Shown here: positions 37,901 through 50,969 of the stretch, piece after piece
Position numbering within the stretch: position 1 is the stretch's first letter
Layout of the letters: each line of letters opens with the position of its first letter
Origin: Welwitschia mirabilis
Lineage: Eukaryota
Direction of reading: 5' to 3'
Assembly (NCBI GenBank): GCA_051453625.1
Contig: JBOZIK010000001.1
Coordinates: 23,915,641 to 23,974,358, forward strand
Length of the DNA stretch: 58,718 nt
Notes under the pieces: model-generated
Told to the model about the DNA's origin: nothing
Databases searched by the model: none
What the model saw: only the letters and a program-made list of their open reading frames with translations
Program-made: the position numbers and the translations under genes

Positions 37901-40554
37901 ACCAAAGGTATAGAAAAACAGAATAATTCTACAATCATAAAAAAACGAAATTCTTTTATTGGCTTAATCTTTTTTACATATCGAAAATTCCGATTTATCT
38001 ATTGTAGATGGCAACGCGTTACAGAATATGAAATGTTTGTAAAAACTTAGGCTTTATCATTTTTGTGTCTAAGTCTTACAAGTTTTAGGTAATAAATCTT
38101 ATTTAGGTGTTGAACATCCATGTTAGAACTTTTCTTCATAAAATGCAGCTTGACCTCAACCACACAAACTGCACAGCTATGTAAGTGGTTTTTTACTATC
38201 ACTATTATACTTAGGAAACTGATTTTTATTTACACCTTTTGTACTTTTCCTCATTACAATCTTTTCGTCATTTTCATAAGATTTCAATGTGTTCTTGTAT
38301 ACCTATAACGGCATGTGCATCATGACTTTAGTTCGTAGATCCAACCACTCTTGAACATTAGAGACATTACTGGTAGTTAGTGGTTGAAGCATGTGCGACA
38401 CATAGGTAGTGACTAGTTTGATTGTAATAACTAAGCGTTATCCCTTGCTTTATTTGCAACATTGAACATTTACACATTCTCACTCTTCTTGAGAGGTTTA
38501 TCTCATAATTATTATTTGATATCTTTGTAACAATACAAAATGGCCTAATCCTTTGAGTTAATAGCTTCTAGTGTTGTTTGCATTCTCTTCTTGCATCTAG
38601 CCTCAACATCACACACATAGAAATTCACCCCCCATCTGTGTTTATTCACTATAAAAGCACACTACAACTTTATAAGTTCAATTTTAAAAGAGATTTCTTC
38701 TTCTTCTAATTTTTGAATGTAGCTTCATCATTTCTTCTACAAATGTTGACCTTTTTGATTCATTCAAAATTGAATCTGCTAATTGATCTAGCATTCTTGA
38801 AAGGTTGCTTTGCACTACTTCAAATGGTTTTATGCCAAGACTTCTGCTTTATAAATAAAAGTGATGCTTGAAATAACTTTTGGTTCCAATCTTTCGTATT
38901 CTTCTAGCATAAATAATGAAGTTGATTTTCCAAACTTACATTTATAACCTGTAGTTTCCCTTTAGTTTGCAGGTGATAAACGATGCTAAAATCTTGCCTA
39001 TTACCCAATTATTGCCACAATCCACGCCAAAATGTAATTATGAATGTAACCTGTCCATTTGAAATAATGCTTCTGGGCATTCCATTGTATCTTATAATCT
39101 CTTTAATACCTAAGAAATATACTTAACATTTCATAACTTCTTATAAATAACAAAATGTGCTATTTTAGAAAAACAACCAACTATTACCATGATTCAATCA
39201 TTTCCTAATTTGCTACATGGTAAAACATATGAAAAATTTAATACCAATTTTTTCCCATGGAGCTTCTACTACAAGTAGTGGAATACATACTAGCATTTTT
39301 TGTAGTCTCTCTTGCATGTTGATAAATTATATGACATCTTACAGATTCACTACTCTCACTTTTCATTTTGGGCTAATAGTAATGTTTGTTATAAAGGTGG
39401 TAGTCTTTCCTTAGCCACAGTGCTCAGTTAATCATCTAACATGCCTCTTCTCTATCAGTTTTTATTTAAGAGGTCCTCTTGAAATGCATTATTTTTAATC
39501 CTTATATAGATAATTAGCTTTCTTTTGAAAACCTACAGAGTCTTTTCCACTTCCCAACTCTATCCATATCCATCAAAGTCTAGATTTTCATCATACTTCA
39601 TATCCTTCCTCTTAAATGCTTCTACTACTATCTTCATAACCACATTACATTCCTACTAAGTACACCTATCATTATATTTTGTTTTCACCTTTTATGTTTT
39701 AATACAAAGTGGAAATTTTGTATATGTTCCATCCACCTAATTTATTTGAGAGATTTTAGATTGCTTTTGAATAAACTATAGAGACCAATGGTCTAAATAC
39801 AAAATGACTTGTTTATGTAAAGGATAATGTTACCACCTTTTCAATGCTTACAAAACTGCATAAACTTCTTTTTCAGAGATAGAATATTTACGCTCACTTT
39901 CATTTAGTCTTTCATTGTAATATGCAATTGGTTTTCTTTCTTGTAATAGAACTCCATTAATGGCTTTACTATTTGCATCACATTCAACTTGGAAAACTTT
40001 ATTAAATTTTAAAAGCACCAACATATAGATTCCCCCAATGTTTTCTTCAATTCTTGAAAGCTTATTTAAGATTTCTTTGTCCATTGAAATGATCCCTTAT
40101 TCATTTGTCTAGCTATGTTTGTTATATCTATTTCTCTATGAATAAGTCTCCATTTAAACATCTAGTAAAAACATGCAAGACCTAAGAATGCTCTCAATCT
40201 TGTGCATTCTTAGGTGCTGATAATTTAGCACTAGCTCTTGTTCTTTTTGGATTAACTCTGAATACATGTTTTGATAAAACAAAACCTAAATAGATGAGCT
40301 ATTTCTTTATGAATTCACATTTCTCTATATTTAATGGAAATCACAGTTCTTTTCATATTCTTCTAATTAATCACAAATTGTTTTATGCAAAAATATCATC
40401 AAGAAATACAATAACAAAGTAATTTAAGTAGGGTTTTAGTACCTCATTCATTAGTTGCATGTACATTCTTGGAGCATTGTTTAGCTAAAATAAAACAATC
40501 ATTCATTCATATAGTCCATTAGGTGTTGAAAATTATTCTTCCAATCATGTCCCT

Positions 40555-41761
40555 TAATTGATGTAGTATAATGAATTGGATTTAAAGCTTAGTTTTTACT
40601 TAGCTATCATTCTTCCTCAGAGATAACATGGGTTTAGGTTCAGAATTGCACTAACTAAATTGTAATGCAAGTGATAAATTTTAAGAAAAAGGGAATACAA
40701 AAAAGAGATGATTTTTATAATTGGGTTTGAACTCTGTCTTGAGAAAGGAGGCAAGCAAATTAGCTCTAAGGTATCATCGATTCATCCTTAAGCAATCTCT
40801 TACTCTAATGTTATCTAATCATCTTTNNNNNNNNNNNNNNNNNNNNNNNNNNNNNNNNNNNNNNNNNNNNNNNNNNNNNNNNNNNNNNNNNNNNNNNNNN
40901 NNNNNNNNNNNNNNNNNNNNNNNNNNNNNNNNNNNNNNNNNNNNNNNNNNNNNNNNNNNNNNNNNNNNNNNNNNNNNNNNNNNNNNNNNNNNNNNNNNNN
41001 NNNNNNNNNNNNNNNNNNNNNNNNNNNNACTTGATAATTAAAGTAGTTACTTAAGCATTCCAATTATAATATTACTCATGAACTAAAATCAAAGGAAAAA
41101 AACTTTTGCATTACAAAAAGGAACAACTTTATAGCAAAGGAAGAAAGAAGCAAAAAAAACTCTTCAACAATCCTCAAAGACTAGCTCACTCCCCTAAAGA
41201 GTCACTTAGAAAGCAATCACAAGTTGATGCTTTAAGGTTCTACAATTCTCCAAGCCAAAGATGATACAATGAATGCTTATGATGATACCAATACTTGACT
41301 CCAGAGTGCTGCAACTGCTGCCAACCACTGACTATGTCATGTCTCTCTACCGTCATCCTAATTAACCCTACCAAATTTTGCTCTCCAAGTCCTCGTCATC
41401 ACTACCACTTGGTGTTAAGAATGTAATTCATTTATGATGTAGAATTAGATCAAGCTCATAACTACATTTTACCTCATTTTTCATGATAAGTCAGAAACAT
41501 GAATTTAAAGGTAATCAACATAGAGAGGTTAGTGGCTTTAGTAGTCCTAAATAGTGGCACTGGTGTTTTGGCTTTCATGATCGTGAGATTAAGTGATGTC
41601 CTTCAGTTATGCTTAAGCAACCTAAAAATGTCATGAAAAATAGTTAAGTCCATAATCAATAAAAGACAAGGTTTTATGATGAAATCGATGATATTAATGT
41701 CTTTTGTTAAGGTTAATTAGTCATTTAACTTAATTGTAATGTCAATTTTTATATATTAACA
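40555..41761 (-). repeat. 3' LTR of the Athila-like element (contains an N gap)
   Basis: Colinear with 49639-50969, e.g. CTTAGCTATCRTTCTTCCTCAGRGATAACATGGGTTTAGGTT. A decayed PPT adjoins at 41762-41775. Confidence 0.9.
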
Positions 41762-44700
41762 GACCTTCTAACTAGTCTTTTGCTAGTACCTTAGTGAAAG
41801 ATAATAACAAATGATTAAACATGGAAAATTTTTCAAAGTCGAATACATGTTCAGTGTGAAAAGGGTCTAATTTTAAAACTTTTATGATCAATTTTAAGTA
41901 ATTAAGGCATCAAAGAAAAAACCTTTAGTGAAAAACAAGATGCCATACCTCCTAACCAAAACTAAACTTTGTCCTCAAAGTTTATGGTAAAAACATTTAA
42001 CTCATTTGAAAACATTAGCTAGAATCGCAGAGAGTTCTTTTATTGAAAGCCATGCAACTAAGCTAAGAACTAACTATAGAAAAAAGCAAATAGAATGAAA
42101 AAATTATCTATAGTGAAATAATGCTAAGTGAAAGATCGATTGATAAAAATGCTTTATGCCTTGAAAAAGTAAAGTGGAGTGAAATGAAGTGAAATGGAGA
42201 TGATAAATGCATCAATTAGACTTAAAAAATAAACTATTGAATAAAAGAGTAAACTATTCTACGTTATCTCTTTATTATATTTTTGTATTTTTAGTTGATC
42301 ATGATATCAACCAAGTAAAGTCTTAACCAAGTAACTTATATGAATTTAAGAAATTGATGCAAATTCTAAGTATAACAGTTAAGAAACAATGGTTCACATA
42401 AAAGCTCCAATTCCCACTTTTTCCTTCCTTATTTTTCATTTCTACCTTTGCATATGTCCTTAGTATTATGTCTTTGAATCACATTGAGCATCTAATATTA
42501 TGAAATGTTTTTCCAACAGAGTTAAGCATGTTGTATTTTTATAAATTAGTGTTGCATTGCCAGTGAGCGTTTATAGCCCCAATGCAATTGAACATGTTGC
42601 AATTAGATCATTAGGGCTAGATTACTAGTAGATGTTCATAACCTTAGTGTAGTTAACTAAACCCAAGTAAGTAATTAATGTTATGTGCTTTTGGAGAAGA
42701 GATATATTATTTTCTTTTCTTCATCTTCTCATAGTGATTTTTATGCACATTAGGGATCATCGGCTCATTAGCCTAATCAAGTCAAATCTTCTACCCATTA
42801 AAGGATTTTTAGCTAAGAAATTCATGTGAAGGTAAATCCCACCTTTTCAACCAAGTTTTACTAAAACCGAAGACCCTAAGCAAATGCGTTCTTAACCAAC
42901 ATACTTATAATAAGCATACTTTTTCTTAAAATGTCATAGTAAACTTGATCTTTAACTATTACTTTGTTGATAATCTGATCGCTTACTATTGATTTTTTTT
43001 AAGGGCCTTTAAATTGAATTAGTAAGACTTATAAATTCATAATTCACTAGAATAGACAGATGATAGTACTTTTTGGATTTTCTATTAGAAATGCTTATGA
43101 GGCAAAACCTTCTTAATTAAGAGTGGTCCTTCTCACTTAGCGACTAGTTTATATGGGAAAAGATGTAAGCATGAGTTATAAAGCAAAACTAGTTCTTCCT
43201 CCTTAAAAGTTTTTCTAAGAATACATTGATCATAGAATTTCTTCATCCTCTCTTTGTTTACTCTCATGTTTTCGTAGGATTCATTTTTGATTTCATCTAA
43301 TTCATTAAGTTGTGTGACCCTTTTTTTCTTATAACCTTCACATTTAAGTTCATGTTTTTAATTGTCAAGTAAGCCTTGTGCTCAAGTTCTATAGGTAGAT
43401 AATAGGATTTTTCATAGACTAATTTAAATGTTAACATCCCTAAGTGGGTTTTAAAAGTAGTGTGGTACGTCCATAAAACATCATTAAGCTTGAAAAGCCA
43501 GTCTTTCTATGTTGAATTTACTACCTTTTGTAAGATTTTCTTAAGTTTTCTATTCGTGTCTTCAACTTGGCCACTTGTTTAAGGGTGGTAAAGTATTAAA
43601 AATTTTTATGTAACCTTATATTTAGTGAGAAGGTTGTTAAATATTTTGTTGAAAAAGTATTTTCTTCCATCATTAATTACAACATCTAGACAACCAAAGC
43701 ATGTTAAGATATTTTCTTGAAAGAATTTAACCACCTTTTTAGCATTACTTATTTTAAGCATAAGCCTTAATCCATTTAAGAGATGACAATGTCTTGATGC
43801 TTGTTTAATGATGAATAAGAACCCTAAAAATCAATTCCAGAAATGTTAAAGGATTTAATAATAATAATGGGCTTTAAGAACATCATTTGCCTTCACAAAA
43901 GATTTCCTAACTTTTGACAATTGTTATAAGATTAAAAATAAACATAGGATTCTTTAAAAATAGATGGTCAATAAAAACTAGATTGAAGGATTTTTGTAGT
44001 AGTTTTGTTGGCTTAGTAGGGACCCCCATAGATCTTAGAATGATAATGTCTAACTATATCATGTATGTCAATTTGTAGGACACATTTGCAAATGATTTCG
44101 TCTAGATAGTATTTGAAAAGATATGGGCCACTGAAAAAAATTACTTGATTTGGTTTATAAATCTTTTTTTAATCATTGATGGTCTAGTGAGAAGGGATGG
44201 TTTTTAATACTAAGTACTTGGCAATATCTACAAACCAAGGTTCTTCCTTAACTGAAAAGAGATGTTTATCTGGAAGGTATCATTAATGGGAAGGTATATT
44301 TACATGTTCTCTTGAGTTAATTAAGAAAGATAATTGAATACTACATTATTAAAACCCTTTTTATATTTGATTTCTAAGTCAAATTCCTATAGGACAAGAA
44401 TCCATCTAATCATTCCAGGTTTTGAATTATTCTTAGCAAAGAGATATCTAAGGGTCGAATGATTAGTATAGATAATTACCTTAGACCGTAAAAGGTATTG
44501 CCTAAATTCTCTAAGACAAATACTAAAGCCATTAGCGCTTTTTTTGTAATAGTTTAACTAATTCTCCTTTAAAGTTTTATTGACATAATAAATCATCATT
44601 GAACTTTTATCTATCCTTTGTCCTAAAATAGCCCCGATTGCACAATCACTAGTGTTATACATAAGCTCAAAAGCTAAGTCCCAGTTAGGTTGTTGAATGA

Positions 44701-46024
44701 TTAGAGTGGAAGTTACTTTTTCTTTGAGTTGTTTGAAGGCTTATTGACATTCAGTGATCTAGTTAAGAATGGTGTCTTTACTTAAAAGATCATACAGTGG
44801 CTTAAAGATTTTACTGAAATCCTTGATAAATCTCTTATAGTATCTTTCATGTACTAAGAAATAATATCTTTTTATTTTTGAGGAATTAGTAGGTGTGTAA
44901 TTAAAGAAACCTTAGTAGGATTGGTATGTAATTAGAGAAACCTTAGTAGGATCTACTTGGATTTCTTTCTTAGAGATGACATGTCCTACAACCATGCCTT
45001 GATTAACCATAAAGTGGCATTTCTCCTAGTTAAGCATAAGGCATTTTTCAATATATTGCTTAAGGACATATTATAAGTTATTCAAGTAGTAGTTAAAAAA
45101 GATTCCATAGATCAAGAAGTCATACATAAATATTTTAACACCTGAATCTAATAAGTTGGAGAAGATTTTGATTATGCAACATTAGAATGGAAGGTGTATT
45201 GCATAGACTAAAGGGCATTTATTTATAGAAAAATGTTCCATAAGAACAAGTAAAGGTAGTTTTGTCCTAATCCTCAGAGAAAATTTCAATTTTATTATAA
45301 CCTAAGTACACATTTAAGAAATAGTAAAATAGATGCCCTATAAGTTGCTTTAGGATTTGGTCAAAGAATGATAGAGGAAAGTGGTATTTTCTTAAGACAG
45401 CATCTAAATTCCTATAGATAATGCACGTCCTCCATTTTACTATAGATCTGGTATGGATAAGTTCATTATACTTGTTAGGAACAAGGGTAATTCCTACTTT
45501 TTTAGCCATAGTCTAAGTTAGACTGACCCATTTGCTATCTGAAATAGAGTAGATAATACTGTTATTAAAAAGTTTAATCACCTCATTTTTAATTATTTCC
45601 CTTACGATTGGGTTTATTTATCTCTAGGCTTTTCTAGATGGCTTGAAATTATCCTCTAAATAGATATGATGCATGCAAATGCTAGGATGAATGCCCCTAA
45701 TGTTTAAGAGGGTTCATCTTATTACCTGCTTGTTCTTACTTAAGAGTTTAAGTAATTAAGCTTCTTGCGATGGGATCAGAGAAGAATTTATAACCATTGA
45801 GAGAGTGAATTTATTTCCTAAGAAAGTGCATTTTAGATTATTGTACATGGATTTAAGTTTTAAGTTGATTTTGTTTTGGATGACAGGACATGATTCTTCT
45901 TCTAAGTCATCATTTTCAAAAGAGTGAGAAGCAAATTCTTAATTTTCAAAAAGCGTTTTTATCCTATGCACATGCTTTAACTCTTCATCATTTGATGGCA
46001 ACTTAATGGTAATTTAGACAAGTA

Positions 46025-46062
<38 letters not shown>
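46025..46062. repeat. Compound microsatellite (TC)n(TA)n
   Basis: A TCTCTC run is followed directly by a TATATA run. Confidence 0.95.
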
Positions 46063-46063
<1 letters not shown>

Positions 46064-49000
46064 CTTTTTTTGTTTTGAAAAATTCTCCGTAATAAAGCCT
46101 TTTTAAAAAAAAACGTTTTGAATAGAATCAAAATTGCAAATACAATTAATTTTATAAGGATAAGAGCATATCCTTTTTTATTTATTTTATAAGCTCTTAA
46201 ATTAAGGTAAAATAGCATTAAAAATGTTTAGTTATATGTTCATGTTGTTAAAGAAAAGTTTTATTAATCTATTACTTCAAATACTTAAGGCATTTGAGGT
46301 TGCTAAGAATGATCCTCCAAATATGATAGGCACTAGTTAGTTCATTGAGTCCTCCATGTCCAAAATCACAAAGTATAGTAGGAAGTAGTAACTATTAACG
46401 CTAAGAATGATGTTTTCTATGACTCCTAATGGAATCTTAATAGAGTTGTCTACTAATGAGAGTTATAGCTTCATGTTCTTAAGTCTTTCAAAGCCTAATT
46501 CTTTATAGGTTTTATAGGGAAGCTAATTTATACTAGATCCTAGGTCCAATAAGGCTTAGTTGAGTTATTTGTTTTCTATAGTAATAGTTATTGTGGAATA
46601 CCTAGGGTTTTATATTTTTATAGAAATTGGTTTTGGAGAATTGCACTTGTTTGTTAAGCTAAAAATGCTTTACTTTTTACATTCATCTGCATTTTGATAA
46701 CACACAAACCTTTAAGGAATTTGGTATACAAAGGTACTTTCTTAATGGCTTCTAGGAGAGGGATGTTTATTTTAACTTTTTTGAAATTTTTAGAGCCTTC
46801 AATTACTTTTTTCATTATGTCATTCTTCCATAGTTGTTAGAAAAAAGTTAAGGATTCTTTGTATATGAATAATGGATCGTCATTCTTATTCCTTTTCTTG
46901 TATTCTATGGTTTTTTTTTCCTTTAGGCTTATTTTGTATGGTGGATTTTCTAGCTTTTTCCTACTTCTAAGATGTATAGATCTAGTTTCTTCTCAGTGTT
47001 CTACCCCTTTAGGAAACCTATCTCCTTTTGAGTTTAATTGGGTACTTATGGAGAGTTTCCCTATTTCTCTTTGGTCTATTGATGAAAGGATGTGAGTAAT
47101 AGTTTGTTGGAGTTGGTGTATGCTCTCTTTAATTCTTTAATTTATTTAAGCTTGTGATTCCATAAACTTTTTAATGGTTTCCTCCTATGGGTTAGATGAA
47201 GTCATTTGATGGCTTATTGATAAAGGATAAGGTTGGGAAGATGAGGGAAACAAATTTTTAGGCTTATAATTTTGTTATGGGTTACTATCCTATTTCCAAG
47301 AGAAATTGGGATGGTTTCCCTAACTGGGATTGTAAGTGTTTAAGTATGGGTTGTTTTCAAAATTTTATCATTATTGCCCTACTATATTTACTTGCTCATT
47401 TACTATATTTTGGAATAAAGGAATGCATGAACATTCAGTAGGTACATAGGTATTAATGTGACAAATTAAACACTTAGGTTTAGTGACCATGAATGAGGGT
47501 GAGGATAAGGTGGTCATCGATTCTAATTTTCTTACTAATTTATCTATTTTATTATTTACCTAAAAAATTTTGAAAACCTTAAAAACACTTGTTGACCTAA
47601 TCTGATGATGTGATCTTGAGGGTTTGATAGGTTTTCTTTATTTTTTGAGATCTTGGCTACACTTTCTAAGTACTCTCAAATCTCATCTAGGGACATGCTA
47701 AGAAAATTACCCCGGCTCATCTTAGAAGAAACTTATTTTCCTCCTTGGCTCAAAACTATGTTGGGATATTTAAGTAAATGATCTTTAAATAATTCTAAGA
47801 TATAAGAAAAGTTTCATGATCCTTCTGTTAAAAATTCATGATTTCTTTCCTTAGGACATTTATGTTATGATTGGGAAAGAATTTGGAGATAAAAATCTTT
47901 ACTTAGATTTGTTCAAGTTGTAATAGAAAAGGATTTTAAGGTATGTAACTAGGATTTTACCTTTTTTTTTAAGGAAAAGGGAAATAAAATAAGCATAAGT
48001 GTATTATAAGTGTTAGGATACTAAGAAATGGTTGATGGAACACACTTGAATTATTTAAGATTGAGGTATGAGTCCTCAGATTCTAATCCATGGAAATAAT
48101 ACAAGAGTTATATAGTAAAAGGTTTTAATTCTAGCCTCTAGTTAATGGATGATAATACTATGCAATAGGGTGTTCTTAGGCTTTCTGATTAGAAGTACAC
48201 AAAGGATTTGCCTAGATTGATTAGCAATAACAGTAAGAAAGGCTTGTTGTTTGACTACTTCTTAAGTAAAATAGTAGGTTGTTAATCTATTGATTATCTT
48301 CTAGTTGAACAAAGAACCATTTAAGAAATCTTAAATATTAAGTGGGTCATTCAGGTTTTGTTGTGGTTTTTGTGATGAAGCAGTTTATTGGTTACTTTAG
48401 TTATTTTGAGAGAATGAGGTTTGGTCTCTCTAGAACTTATCACAAGCTTAGTTTCTAAATTCTTACATTATCTCATGATCTATGTAGAAATCCATGTTTT
48501 TGTGGGTTAGTCTTTTGGATGTGTCATGTGTCTAAGTCATGCAAGAATAAGTTTAGAAGGTTGCAAGTAGGTTTTATATAGTTTTCAAATCAAATTTCAC
48601 AAAGCCTGCAGGTTGGTTGGGTTTTAGAGGTTGCAAAAAAGATTCTATCAAAAACTAAGGATGTTTTGGGCCAAAAGAATGGTGGTGCTAGTGAGGAAAT
48701 GTGGCATTGTCAATTAAATTACAAGTTATAGATTCAGTTTTCATACATAAGTTAACAAAATCATATAAAATGGAGTTCTTATATATGGTTATCTTAAATT
48801 TTTTTCCTTATTTGTCTTCTTATTATGTACAAGACCAAATTTCTTTACTATTTCCTTAAATGGGATGCATTCTATAGCCTCTAAGAGTATTATTTATCTT
48901 TTGAGATTTTCAATGCCCACCTAGGTCTGCTTCACCTTAAAGATCTTTTACCACATTGAATGAGGAGTTGTAAGTTAGGTATAGCCCTACATGAGTTCAT

Positions 49001-49638
49001 TAATCAAGTTATGTAGATGGAGGAGGTTATCAAATCCCTTGGCATGTGTGCATTGTAGAAGTGTGTTTTATATATGATATAATAACATGCTTTAGGATTC
49101 CCCAATATCACATAAAATTATTACAGTAATAGGGTCACAACAAATTAGAACTAAAATAAAAAAACATGATCTAAATGTAATTAAAATCATAAGAAATATT
49201 TTTAGAGATTTTATCATTTAAAAAATGTAGTAAAATTATAGAAATAGAAATGCAAAGAATTGCAGCAAAAAAAGGAAAACACACAACATAATGCAAAGTA
49301 TGTTAAGAGTTTTTTGAAATTTTTAACTCTAAAAACAACCTATAAATAAATGTTAGACCTATATTAAAAAAATTATAAAATAATAAAAAACAAACTTTAA
49401 AATAATTCAGATCAGTTTGGGTAATACTAGAAGGATTAGTACCAATTAGAAAGAGACTAAATACATAAAACAAAATAAAAAGGACTAGCTTAGGTATCAC
49501 TAGAAGAAGGACCAGTACACACCACTAGAAAGATAAAAACTATGTATAAAACTTGCAAAAATAAAAACTAGTAAAATAAAAACTAGTACTTCTTTGAGAT
49601 GCTATCATACTGTTATCTCTAGCAACAACACCAAAATC

Positions 49639-50969
49639 TAATTAATTCAATACAATGAACCAAATTTAAATCTAAGTTTTCACTTAGCTATCGTTCTTCC
49701 TCAGGGATAACATGGGTTTAGGTTTAAAATTGCACTGACTAAATTGTAATATAAGTTACAAATTTTAAGAAAAGAGAAAAAATAAAGAGATGATTTTTAG
49801 AATTGGATTTGAGATTTATCTTGAGAAAGTAGAAAAGAAAACTACTATAAGGTATCACCTATTCGTCTTAATAAATCCTTTACTCTAATGTTATTCAATC
49901 ATCTTCCTACAAAACACTTAAAATCATCAAGTGCTTTTAGTTAAATTCATGGGGCATAATCTCATCCACCATATGATATATAGTAAATTTAATTAATACT
50001 TTAGTCTTAAAATTATAATAGAAAGTAAGAACTCCTAAAGTACTTAAAATCTATGAAATTAAAAGACTTAGAGTGATTAAATATAATTGAAATAAATTTG
50101 ATGATTAAAGTAGTTACTTAAGCATTCCAGTTATAATATTACTTATGAATTAAAATCAAGGGGAAATCACTTTTACATTATAAAAAGCAATAACTTTATA
50201 GTAAAGCAAGGAAGAAGTAAAAAGAAGTCTTTAATAATCCTAAAAGACTTGCTTACTCTCTAAATATTCACTTAGAAGGCCATTACAAGTTAATGCTCAA
50301 AGGTTTTATAATTCTTCAAGCTAAAGATAATACAAAGAAAGGTTTAAGACCCTTTTATAGTAAGATATGGTAATGAGGGGTGGATACAAGCCCTTGGCTT
50401 ATAGCATTATGTGGATAGTTACATAATTATGTTAGGTATAATGGTTTTTCTTCTTTTCTAATTACTAAAGATGCTTATGACAACACTAACACTTGGCTCC
50501 AGAATGTATCATATGCTACCAATCACTGACCATGTTATGAATCTCCACCATCATCCTAATCAATCCTATCAAATGTCACTCTACAAATCCTCCTCATTAA
50601 TGTCATGTATCATTAATAATGCAATTCATTTATGATGTGGAATTAGATTAAGCTCATAACTTCATTTTATCTAATTTTATATGACAATCTAAGAATGTGA
50701 GTTTAAAAGAAATCTGCATAGAAAGGTCATGGTGCTAATGGTCATAAATGGTAGTACAATGATTTAGATCTAATGATTATAAGATTAAGTGTTATTCTTC
50801 AATTAAGCTTAAGTAACCTAAAAATTTCATGGGAAATACTTAAGTCCATAAACAATGTAAGAATCAATAAAAGACATATTTTTATGATGAAATCAATGAT
50901 ATTAATGTCTTCCATTAAGATTAATTACTTATTTAATTTAATCTTAATTTAAAGTTTTACATGTTAACA
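49639..50969 (-). repeat. 5' LTR of the Athila-like element
   Basis: Starts TGTTAAC on minus at 50969 and ends next to the PBS. Confidence 0.9.

Larger units (their letters stand above)
40555..50969 (-). mobile_element. Structurally complete, degenerate Athila-like Ty3/gypsy element
   Basis: TSD TCCCT at 40550-40554 and 50970-50974. LTRs at 40555-41761 and 49639-50969. PBS 49616-49634 is TCTCTAGCAACAACACCAA. Domains: gag ~48200-46650, protease ALLDLGSSIN ~46555, RT (ORF 45267-45509, WRTCIIYRNLDAVLRKYHFPL), RNase H, integrase to ~43050. Confidence 0.92.

Noticed and set aside
1774-41063. ORF-track entries containing poly-X and other short AT-rich ORFs
   Set aside because: They are N-gap artefacts, chance ORFs or TE fragments. 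None supports a host gene.
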